Source of the DNA: Takakia lepidozioides
Lineage: Eukaryota; Plantae; Bryophyta
Direction: 5' to 3'
NCBI GenBank assembly: GCA_030704615.1
Contig: CM060734.1
Coordinates: 20,770,001-20,834,000 of the forward strand
Length of the DNA: 64,000 nucleotides
This document shows positions 24,480 to 36,010 of this stretch, piece by piece. Within the stretch, counting starts at the first letter, position 1. Each line of letters begins with the position of its first letter. The translations under genes and the position numbers were made by a program. The notes under the pieces were generated by a model. It was not told the origin of the DNA. It ran no database searches and saw only the letters and a list, made by a program, of their open reading frames with translations.

Positions 24480-26174
24480 AAAGCGAAGCAGAGATGGCGG
24501 TGCGCAGTACAAAAAGGGCGGGACTCCATCAGGCGCCATTGTTTTCATCCAGAAGTGGATGTATACAATCCCACATCCAATTCTCGTCCGCCACATTAAT
24601 AGGATAGATGAATGAAGGTCACGAGTTACGAGAATAGTTCAACCGAATCTCCGGATACCATAAGTATCTCTAACACGTGTGAGGCTGCTCGCTTTCGAGT
24701 GTGATGGCGGAAGAAGAGTGAGAATTGTTGGGTGAAGAAGGCAAGAGTGCCGGGCACATGAGCAGAAATGGGCCTCAAAAGAGCCGCCCAGGCTGCCGCG
24801 GGCCGCCTAGGAGGCAGATTGGGCGGGGGCCACGGACGTGGGGCCTCGTGGGGGCAGGCGAGCCGCTTGGGCAGAATGCGCCCCCATGGCAGCGCCTATG
24901 GTAACTACCGTCCATGTTTTCCCTTAAACATTGGTAAATATAATTAGTTTTTACTACATTCTCGATTATTTACTGTGGTTGCAGTTTAGGGTTATGTGGC
25001 TAAAAATGGTTTACACTATATATATACACATATGTATGTATATGTGTGTATATATATATATATAAGAAAGAGGGACCGAGGCCTCAAGAATTTTATAAAT
25101 AATGGACAAAAGGTCCAAGAAATACAAGAGATCGAGGGAATGGAAAAAATAACCACTCGTGAGGCCGTGAAGGCTTATATGGGGAGACTACCCCTAGACA
25201 CCCCTATACTAAAAGGGAGGAGGAGTTTGGTTCGATTTTTGTTCAACATTCCAAAATATCTTATCCATGTCACCACGGAGGGGGAATGCTAGAATGTGAG
25301 CCTGGCTCCGCGAGCCCAGGAGCCTGTGAGCCCAAGAGCTTGACGTGAGCCCAATCCACCTGGCATGGAAATTAGGGAAGATGCAGGGTATATTTCTGTG
25401 GAAGAGGACCCATTACCGCGGAAACATGTCTTTATCCACATTAACCCTGAAACCCCAAACTCAAACCCCAACCCTTACCATCCTTAGATCACCCTACCTC
25501 AACCCCGACAGTCTCCATCCAACAATATCCATCCATCCATCCATCAATGACTCTCCACTCAACTATCCACATATTCAGCTCTATTGAATGACTTTTATGG
25601 CATGCAGAAGGTTAAATAAAGAGCAAGGTTGCCACGGAAAGTACAGGTTGCTTTGAAATTGGTGGAACGCAATTGGTGAAAATGTTTGCCTTCGGGAATG
25701 TGATGTTCATTGTAGTCATGACTCATTAGAATGTAAGTTGGCAAGACAAAGATGGTGCCATGGAAAACGGAAAATGTGTCCCTCATCTACAATAAATGTT
25801 GCATTTCAAGTACATGCGGAGGTGTTGTCTGCACTGCTAGAACTACAGCTACCACCTGAAACTGAGGTGCACTATCATCTATGAAGACCTTTGCCCAGAG
25901 GTGCCTGAGTGAGTTCCTGGAACTCCGATGCAAAGGTGGGGGAGAAAGCACAGCTGCTTGCACGCGAGCAATGCCCTCCGTGTAGTTAGGAAGGACGTAA
26001 GTACGAGGAGGGCTCCAACACAAGTCTTTAAAAAATAGGGAGGTCTCGGGCCACGGGAGAGCGGTTACAATCCTGCCACAGAAAATGCAACATTTGCGTA
26101 TCAATCAGAGAACAGAAGGGGAGGGGAGAGAGCATATGCACACGAGCAAATAAAGATGAAATGAACTTACTCAC

Positions 26175-26360
26175 ATGAAAAGTCATCGTCCAGGTCCTTG
26201 TCGTCTCTGTCGTTGATATCAATTGGCGCAATGACCTCCTGCACATTGGCAATAGACGTTGTCCCTTGCAACTCAGCGAGGAGGCCATTGAAAATATCCG
26301 CATCCCCTTCCATACCAAACAAGTGCCTGCCCCCTGCCTTGCAAGCATGGTAAGAAGTGT
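26175..26360 (-). other. Orphan spliced exon, weakly resembling the SAM-binding tail of an amino-methyltransferase
   Basis: Polypyrimidine-TGCAG acceptor and GTGAGT donor. Peptide TSYHACKAGGRHLFGMEGDADIF. Confidence 0.4.
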
Positions 26361-26544
26361 CTGCAAGAGACAAAATGAAGAATGTGAGTATCACTATAAG
26401 AAAAATTGGCTTTTACGATTCTGTGTTATGACTGCAAATGCAGTTACAAAAGCCATTTATGACTTCCCGACTCTGCTGACGTAAAAGCCTAGTTAGTTGT
26501 GACATAGAAGTTGTGGTTGCCATGGAGTCGTAAGTGACAGTCAC

Positions 26545-27047
26545 CAGGCTTTGTCCAGCTCCAAAAGCCAGGTGTTGAGTGCCTTCCGATTTTGGACGCC
26601 CTTGAAGGTGTCGGGTTCCTTAGGCTTTACCTTAAACTTCGCCTTAGTGGATGCCGCCCTCATCATGTCTTTCAACGTCCCGCCAAACTGCGCCAACAAC
26701 CCTTCCCAAAAGGCTGCTGGCATGGGAGGCATCTGTTGGTCTGGCGGAGCCTCTGGAAAGTCCTCGGGCTCCGACTCCCCAAATTCCTCCCGTTCTTGAG
26801 CGGCCTCGCTTACAGAAGCATAAATCGCCTCTTCCATTTGCCGCTTCGGTGACACGTCGCCCCTACCTCACGAGGATCATTGTCTTTTGGACCGTTCCGC
26901 TTTTGCTTTGTCTTGCCCGACCCCATGGTGAGGCCGATCTCAAGGACGATCGCGTACTAAACTCTAGGCTCTGATACCAAGTGTCGCGCACCTCACTTCG
27001 GTAAGCTCCCCTTCAAGTCATAGTTACTCGCTTTGATGCGCGCGCCT
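26545..27047 (-). mobile_element. Family A copy 3 fragment (LTR end, PBS at 26968-26979, gag start)
   Basis: Peptide KAKFKVKPKEPDTFKGVQNRKALNTWLLEL. LTR terminus at 26982. Confidence 0.88.
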
Positions 27048-27624
27048 CCGTGAGTACCTCAGCTGGAGCACCAAATCGGCTAAGCACACGATCCAAGAAT
27101 GCATACGCAGCCCCCTCACTAGCCTTGTCAGGCAATGGAACCAACTCAATCCACTTGGAGAAGTGCTCCACCATCACCAACACATATCTTTGGTGGCGCA
27201 TAGTCAATGGCAACGGTCCTGCGAAGTCAAGACTTCACTTGTAGCCCAATCCCATGATTGGTAAAGGATGCAACTGTGGTGTAGGGGCGTTGAATGAAGC
27301 ACGCACCCTGTCACACACCATGCACCTAGCCACAAACTGTTGCACCTCTGTATGCATACCACGCCACCAATACTGCCCCTGCAGTAAACTGTGAGTGCAT
27401 CGCACTCCAAAATGCCCCAACTCCTCATGGGTATGCCGCACTAACCGTGCACGCTGTGTGGGATGAGGCACAATCCTCACCCGACCATCCTCCCACACTC
27501 GAAGTAGGTGTATCCCCTCCCACTTGAACCTCTTGGCTCGTTGCAGGATCCGATCCCTCTCCCTGGCAGTCACAGTGGCTGCCGTGTCTCCCGTGCGGAG
27601 GTAGTCCAACACAGCCGAAGCCAC
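27048..27624 (-). pseudogene. Family B integrase fragment (copy 3)
   Basis: Very similar to B1 21026-21600 (HEELGHFG, CMVC, MVEHFSKW). Confidence 0.88.
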
Positions 27625-28242
27625 TATAACCTACTCTTGACTGGTCCTCTTCCCAATCGTGCTTGCTCATGCATGTACACAATCTGAAACCGTGCCCTGG
27701 AATTACCTGCAGCATGGTGCTTTCATCTCTGAAGCTGAAGATGGAATGCCAAGGTCTACCACCTCGTAACCCACATCGCCTCCGCTTCTAACAATCAAGA
27801 GCTCCACGGTGTTCCTTGCATAACAACTTGGTTTCTCTCATTCTCAAGCAAAAACCACAAGTGCTACAACTAACTCGTATCTGGCACTCACAGATACGAG
27901 CTGATCTTTCTCAAGTGATAAAGAAGAAGAATACAAGCACAAGCTTATGCGACCTCACAAAGCTGAAGCATAAACTCATGCATATATAACCTCATCACTC
28001 AAATACAAGTCAAGCAAAGTGCACCCCACGCCATGGGGAATCCACACTACGGCGCCATAGCTAGGCGCGGTGAGGCTCAACTCGAGAAAGATGAGCCTCC
28101 CGCGCTTGCCGTGAAGATAACCACTCCAGGGCCTAAATTTGCCTTGACCCCTGGATTGACACTTGGGCCAATCCCAAATGTCAATATGTAAAAGCTAGCT
28201 ATTTCCTAGCTAGTTTCACACTAGTGGTAAAATAACTTGACA
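27625..28242 (-). mobile_element. Terminal fragment D, a distant relative of repeat C
   Basis: Starts TGTCAAG on the minus strand. Has a subterminal hairpin and patchy similarity to C (gctcatc...gagcctc, gcttgactt). Confidence 0.5.
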
Positions 28243-30944
28243 CCCCAGCCTCACCACCGACAGCACGCTCTAGGATTGGCCGGCCACAATATTTCCGACA
28301 CAACCACCTATAAAAGCAAGCGCCCAAACCAAACTAGCATGGCGCACAGTCAAGCATGCATGTGTGGGAGGAGGATCCAAACACAGGAAACTCAAACAAC
28401 AACACCTCCCACAGCTTAAATCCATCGATCTCCTTGCGACTTCAATAAACCTGCAAGATGGCCAAGTCTCTATCCAAACCAGCTCTGCCTCCGCTTACGG
28501 AAAAGCTTTGGCCTACAAGAATGATGGAAGACTATAGAGAAGAGAAGCTAAAGCAATCTCTAAGCCCAGAATGCTCTTATCCCATTACTCCTCATATCTT
28601 CACACTCACTCTTGCTTAAGCAATAGATAAGATTATCCTTAACCTCTCAAATAACTCTCAAGAGCCCTCAAATTATTGCCATGAACTTCTAAAATCTGCC
28701 CTCAATCAGCCCCTAACATAGACCCACCAAGGTTCAAGAAGTTCGCAAACTTGGACTCTAAACAGTCCACCAAAAGGCCCTAGGCGCCCGCCAATTAGTG
28801 GCCTCCATGGTCTCCAACGAGCCCTCACAATGGCTCCACAAGCCTGCCCAATATGGCCTCCAAGAGTCTTCCAAACAGCCCTTAAGAAGCTCCTCAAATC
28901 TGCCAAGTATTGGCCTCCAAGGACCTCCAATAGTCCTCCAACAGCCCTTAAGCGTTCCTCAAATCTGCCAAGTATTGGCCTCCAAGGACCTCCAACAGTC
29001 CTCCAAAGAGCTCTTAGAAAGTTCCATAAGTCTGCCCAATATGGGCCTCCAAGAACCTCCAACCGTCCTCCAACCAGCCCTCACAAGGCTCCACAAGCCT
29101 GCAAAACATTGGCCTCCAAGGACCTCAAATAGTCCTTCAAACAGCCCCAAGCAGGCTCCACAAACCTGCAAGATATTGGCTTCAATAGACTCCAAAATCA
29201 AGCAGGCCCCAATACCTGCAAGATATTGGCCTCAATAGATCCCAAATAGTCCTCAAAGCAGGCCCCAGAAGGCTCCAAAAATATCCATAGTCAGTCGATT
29301 TTTCATCCGTCACTGCCCAAATTTCATCCAAAACCGCAATTTCTCATCCGGAGGTCGGATACTTCATCCGCCGCGATAGTTCATCCGTCGGTGCGATATT
29401 TCATCCACTGGCGCAGTTTCATCCGATGGCACGATAGTTCATCTGCTGACGCAGTTTCATCCGTCGCTGCGATTTTTCATCCGATAGGACGATAGTTCAT
29501 CCGCTGCCACGATTTCATCGGCTGACGCAGTTTCATCCGTCGCCATGATTTTTCATCCGATAGCGCGATAGTTCATCCGCTGACGATATTTCATCCACTG
29601 GCGCAGTTTCATCCGTTGCCGCAATTTTTCATCCGATAGTGCGATAGTTCATCCGCTGACAAGATTTCTGCAACCGATTCTCATCCAGAAGCGCTGATTT
29701 TCATCCACTGGCTCAATAGTTCATCCGATTGGACAATGGTGGTGCTCCCAACTCTGGGGCAATGTTCCCACGCGTTGCTATGCGTTCCCACAAGTTCCCA
29801 AGCGTTCTCATGCGTTCCCTTGAGTTCCCAAAGAGTTCACACACATTCCCAAGCGTTCCCAAGCTAGGGTTTGCGCCGCTTTGCCTCTGCGATTGCTGCA
29901 ACGAGCTATGGCTTCTACGGAGCAACCAGAGGTACTGTTCTTGGTTTCTTGAGCATCAATAGGCCACCAAGAGTGCCTCTAACTCCCTGAGCAAGCTATT
30001 TGCCACACAACAAGCTCTCTTTTTCTATGGAACTTATTGAAACAAGCATAGAACAAGCTATTGAGCTTTCTATGGCATACCCTCTTCTAGCCATCGCATG
30101 CACTCATAGTGTTTCCTTCTATGGCCATAGTGCACCTCTTAGAGCTCATAATCTAGCCCTGCACTTGTTACTTCCATAGACATGCTCTTCCCAAGCTTGG
30201 GATTGAAACCCTAACTCAAAGCATGCTCTACAAATACACTATTCTGCCCCAAAGAGAAATCAAATGTCTACCTCCACTCATAGCTCTCCTAAGCTTGAAG
30301 TTGAAGACTCCCACAAGCTGAAACCATGCTCCACACATGCACCACTTGCTTCCTTAACACCTGAGCTCTTCTTGAACTCCTCAAACCCTGTAACACTTGT
30401 AGAACAAGAGCTTCTTCACAAGCTCTCAAACTTTTCAATGGGGCTCTCCTTGAATACATAAACACCACAAGGCTTTCTTCTTGCAAACCCTGCAACACCT
30501 TGTAACTTAAGAGCCATCTACCCAGCTCTCTTCCACACACAAGTGCTAACTATGCTAACACCTTGCACTCATAGATGTAAGCAGGTCTTCTTCTAGTGAT
30601 ACGGAAATGGTGAAAAGAGGAGAAACCACTCTATCACGTTATATAAGTCAAGCCAATGGCACCTTTGCTAAAAGACTCCACCATACAAACCTCACCCACT
30701 CTCCATCTCAAGTACTAGAGCTATGGCGACGAGAGAGGCCTCGGGAGGCTCGACTAGAAGAAGACGAGTCTGCCTACGTCTCACGTGGAGATAACCTCCC
30801 TACGTCCCAAGTGAGGTTCGCCACCTCACTTGGCACATGGAACCAAATGAAGTCCCAATGCCAACAAAATACAAATATAAATGTATAATGTCCTAATTAG
30901 TTAGAAATAACTATTTCTAACTAATCACAAATAAAACCATGACA
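28243..30944 (-). mobile_element. Second copy of the B2-type 5' terminus and leader (repeat C plus tandem arrays), abutting the PPR pseudogene
   Basis: Reverse complement of about 9227-11730, and retains ~290 bp that are deleted in the plus-strand copy. Confidence 0.88.
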
Positions 30945-33900
30945 ACTGCCCTAGTTGACATGTATGCAAAATGTGGGTGCATTGAGGATGCAAAGGGAGT
31001 GTTCGACACTATGGCTGAGGAGTGCGATGCTTGCAGGGTATGCACAGTAGGGACATGGGATGGAGGCTTTGGAGACCTATGAGCAAATGATGGGGGAAGC
31101 ACATCATGTTTATGTGCATTTGCAATGCTTGTGCAAGCCTGACAGCCTTGGAGAAGGGCAACAGAGGTGCATGGGGATATCATCAAAGCTGGAATGGTAC
31201 CAAATGTCATTCTAAACACTGCCCTGGCAGCTCTGGAAAAGGGGGAAGAGGTGCATGGCGACATCTTCAGAGCTGGAATTGTACCAGATGTCATTCGGAA
31301 CAATACCCTAGTGGACATGTTTGCAAAATGTGGGTGCATCTAGGATGCAAAGGGAGTGTTCAACACTATGGCTGAACAAGATGTGGCGTCGTGCAAGCCT
31401 GGCAGCCCTAGAGAAGGGCAAAGAGGTGCATGGGGATATCGTCAAAGCTGGAATTGTACCAAATGTCATTCTACACACTACCCTAGCAGCTCTGGAAAAG
31501 GGGAAAGAGGTCCATGGCGACATCTTCAGAGCTGGAATTGTACCAGCTCTCATTCTGGACAATACCCTGGTGGGCATGTTTGCAAAATGTGGGTGCATCT
31601 AGGATGCAAAGAGAGTGTTCGACACTATGGCTGAACCAGATGTGGTGTCGTGGAGTGCGATGCTTGCAGGGTATGCACAGCAGGGACGTGGGATGGAGGC
31701 TTTGGAGACCTATGAGCGAATGATGGGGGAAACACATCATGGTTGTGTGCATTTGCAATGCTTGTGCAAGCCTGGCAGCCCTGGAGAAGGGCAACAGAGG
31801 TGCATGGGGATATCATCAAAGCTGGAATTGTACCAAATGTCAATCTAAACACTGCCCTGGCAGCTCTAGAAAAGGGGGAAGAGGTCCATGGCGACATCTT
31901 CAGAGCTGGAATTGTACCAAATGTCATTCTAAACACTGCCCTGGCAGCTCTGGAAAAGAGGAAAGAGGTGCATGGCGACATCTTCAAAGCTGGAATTGTA
32001 CCAGATGTCATTTGGAACAATACCCTAGTGGACATGTTTGCAAAATGTGGGTGCATCTAGGTTGCAAAGGGAGTGTTCAACACTATGGCTAAACAGGATG
32101 TGGCGTCGTGCAAGCCTGGCAGCCCTAGAGAAGGGCAAAGAGGTGTATGGGGATATCGTCAAAGCTATACCAAATGTCATTCTAAACACTGCCCTGGCAG
32201 CTCTGGAAAAGGGGAAAGAGGTCCATGGCGACATCTTCAGAGCTGCAATTGTACCAGATGTCATTCTGGACACTACCCTGGTGGACAGGTTTGCAAAATG
32301 TGGGTGCATCTAGGATTTAAAGAGAGTGTTCGACACTATGGCTGAACCAGATGTGGTGTCATGGAGTGCGATGCTTGCAGGGTATGCACAGCAGGGATGT
32401 GGGATGGAGGCTTTGGAGACCTATGAGCGAATGATGGGGGAAGCACATCATGTTTGTGTGTATTTGCAATATTTGTGCAGCCCTGGAGAAGGGCAAAGAG
32501 GTGCATGGGGATATCGTCAAAGCTGGAATTGTACCAAATGTCATTCTAAACACTGCCCTGGCAGCTCTGGAAAAGGGGAAAGAGGTCCATGGCGACATCT
32601 TCAGAGCTGGAATTGTACCAGCTCTCATTCTGGACAATACCCTGAGCTTTGGAGACCTATGAGCGAATGATGGGGGAAGCACATCATGTTTGTGTGCATT
32701 TGCAATGCTTGTGCAAGCCTGGCAGCCCTGGAGAAGGGCAAAGAGGTGCATGGGAATATCATCAAAGCTAGAATTGTACCAAATGTCAATCTGAACACTG
32801 TCCTGGCAGCTCTGGAAAAGGGGAAAGAGGTGAATGGCGACATCTTCAGAGTTGGAATTGTACCAGATGTCATTCTGAACTAGACCCTGGTGGACATGTT
32901 TGCAAAATGTGGGTGCATCGAGGATGCAAAGGGAGTGTTCAACACTATGGCTGAACGAGATGTGGTGTCGTGGAGTGCGATGCTTGCAGGGTATGCACAG
33001 CAGGGACATGGGATGGAGGCTTTGGAGACCTATGAGCATATGATGTGTGACGGGGTGAAGCCCAACCACATCATGTTTGTGTGCGTTTGCAGTGCGTGTG
33101 CAAGCCTGGCAGCCCTGGAAAAGGGTGAAGAGGTGCACGGCGACATCGTCAGAGATAGAATTGTACCAGATGTGATCGTGAACACTACCCTGGTGGACAT
33201 GTATGCCAAATGTGGGTGCATGGAGGATGCAAAGGGAGTGTTCGACAATATGGCTGAACGAGATGTGGTGTCGTGGAATGCGATGATCACAGGATATGCA
33301 CAGCATGGTTGTCATAGGGAGGTGTGCAACTATTTGAAGGAATGCAAAAGAACGGCTTGAAGCCGAGCAATATCACCTTTATATGTGTTCTCTCTGCATG
33401 CAGCCATGTTGGCCTACTGAATGAAGGAAGACGCTACTTTGATTCCCTGAGTCAAGATCATGGTGTCACTCCGACAGTAAAGCACTCTGGCTGCATGGTG
33501 GACCTTCTTGGACGTGAGGGACAACCGGATGAGGCAGTGAACATGATTAATAAAATGCCCATAAATTCAGGTGTTGTGGTATGGAAGGCCTTGCTTGGTG
33601 CCTGCAGAATCCATGGCAATGTGGAGATGGCTGAACGTGCAGCAACTATCCGAGCATGTGGGCTGAACAGGATGTCGCGACTTATGTATTGCTCTCAAAC
33701 ATCTATGCTGCAGCTGGCAGGTGGGATGATACTGCAAAAGTGAGAAGAATGATGAAGGTCAAAAGGGTTATAAACGAGCCAGGTCGCTGCTGCATTGAGG
33801 TTGGCAATAGGGTGCACACCTTCGTTGTGGATGACAAGTTGCATCCCAGAATTAAGGAAATCCATGCTGAGTTGAGAAGATTGGCTGGGAAGATGAAGGA

Positions 33901-34015
33901 GGCGGGTATGTGCCTGATAGGCGCTTTGTATTGCATGATGTGGGGGAGGAGGAAAAGGAATTTTCTCTTTGCCACCACAATGAGAAGCTGGCCATTGGTT
34001 TTGGCATATCCACGG
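30945..34015 (+). pseudogene. PLS-class PPR protein with E and truncated DYW domain; internally amplified pseudogene
   Basis: Motifs LVDMYAKCG...AKGVF..MAERDVVSW, TFICVLSACSH, CMVDLLGR, WKALLGACRIHG, YVLLSNIYAAAGRW, PGRCCIEV and (frameshifted) YVPD...[11 protein letters not shown]. No CxxC or terminal DYW. Confidence 0.92.
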
Positions 34016-34380
34016 GAAATGATAGTGGGGTCTACCCAGCATAGGTGGGAAGTCAGACCATAATTGCACTTGACTGAAGGGGTGATATTGGACTGACTTT
34101 GGTGACAGTGGATGGAATCAGAGTGCTGTCCTAATTATGGGTTTGGGTGGTATGGCTGAACGAGATGTGGTGTCGTGTTTGCTGCATGAATTCTAGGCTG
34201 TCATTGTCAGTTGCTAGCAACAAGGCAAGGATGTATGCATGATTTGTGCAGAGGCATGGATAGTTGAAGGAGCAGGGATGGAGTGTGGGTTTTGATTCAT
34301 CCAAGATGGCCGGATTTGAAGCTTCAGATCACCTATGACTCCCTGTGGAAGGATAGCTACAAGAAACCTGCATGGGTAGA

Positions 34381-35106
34381 TGTCGCGCACCTCACTTCGG
34401 TAAACTCCCCTTTAAGTCATAGTTACTCGCTTTGATGCGCGCGCCTGACTCCCAACCTGGCCGCCGGGCCAACTTGGAGCTTCGGCTGCTCACCGGGACA
34501 TAACGGTCCCCCTTCGCTTCCCTCTAAAACCCTCCACCTAATTGGGACTAGGAGAATTCCCTTTGGTAGATGGCAGTCCGGAACAGCTCCCCACTCTTTG
34601 GTCGCTTTCCGGCTCGCTCGCTTACTCACTAGTTTTTGGTCACCAACGGGCTTGCACCGTTCTCGGGGTTACTACTCCCTATATATACTTCTGTAGCTGT
34701 CCGCGGGGGTTCCACAACCAGCCATGCCATTTTATGGCGAACCACCACGAAAACCCTCGACTCCCGGTGATGAGTCGCGGTGAGTCTTGGCCCGCTCACC
34801 ACGGCCCCTATGGACCGTGATGAGTCCCAAGACTCCCCACGACTCCCACCACGAGGTCTCCGCCCCCATGGTGAGTCCTATGCCACCCCCACTAAGTCCC
34901 GCTAAGCTACCACCACCCCTTGTGGAGCCACCCCCACCGCAACCCGGTGTGCGGGGCTCCACCTAGTGAGCGCCTCCGCCTCCTTGAGTGCCTTGGGCAC
35001 TCAAGGGTGCTTCAGCCCCCCCCACCTATCGCTGCCGCTGCCCCCACCACAGGGGCAGCCCCTCATGTGTCCCGACCCCCCGCCCTCAAGGCAAAGGGCC
35101 GCGACA
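34381..35106 (-). repeat. 3' LTR of A2
   Basis: TG...CA termini; only a few differences from 40617-41338. Confidence 0.95.
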
Positions 35107-36010
35107 CACACCCCTACCAACAGGGAGTCGATGTCCTCATCGACTTGTCCATTTTGTAGAAACGAACATCCAAGTTGTGGCGTCCCACATCAAGGAGTTT
35201 GTTTCCGTACCATGGCGTCCCATGGCAAAGAACCAAACCCCACACTTGACTCTACTCTCCACTAGCTAGTTCGGCCGACTTCCTCCAAGTCCCGGCCAAG
35301 GGTGGAGCCTCTCCAGCTCCTCCCAGTGCACTCTTCTTGGCCTACTTCAAGGCCAAGGAACGATCCTCCCCGAGGATCGAATCGCCTTACTGCAACAACA
35401 TTGCTTGCGATCGCTCATGATGCCGCTTTTGGCATCACCTTGAGCAAGGGTTCACCTGGAACCCTCTTTGACTAGGAAGATAACCTTGAACCAACCGTGC
35501 GCCCCAATCACTACAATTGGGTCCGCCTTGGAATGCTGGCCTGAGGTACGGGAACACGCCGAAGCCGCACTACGACTTCGTCCCGAGGCTACACGATTAT
35601 AGTACGTGAACGGAAGCACGTAGCTTCCGCGTTAGCCCGCACTACAAGGCAACCCCTCGGTAGCGCAGTTATAGTACGCGCACGCGCCAGGTGCGCACTA
35701 GCACGTGAACTCCCAAAGAAGGCGCAAGTTTCCTTGCCCCTTGGATGGGAGTCACCCGATTTCGGCACTGCGCAAACACACGATTAACCCAATTTACCTC
35801 TCCCACTTTTGTAAGCTAGCATGCATTCTACACACTAGCCAACCACACCATGCATCACCATTCCAACACAATAGGACGCACAATATTTGGAACCCATTTC
35901 CTTTATAACAAATTTTTGTACAATACAAGTTTTTGCAATCGGATTCCTGAGCTAGCTAAACCGGGCTAAGCATGCATTTCCTCCCCCACGCTCCAAGGTT
36001 GATGTCCCCA

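Noticed and set aside
32359-33315. 318-aa minus-strand ORF
   Set aside because: It is the antisense shadow of the PPR repeats.
33780-34015. U-to-C (KP-type) editing domain
   Set aside because: It has a PG box like canonical C-to-U DYW domains and is truncated before the CxxC motif.
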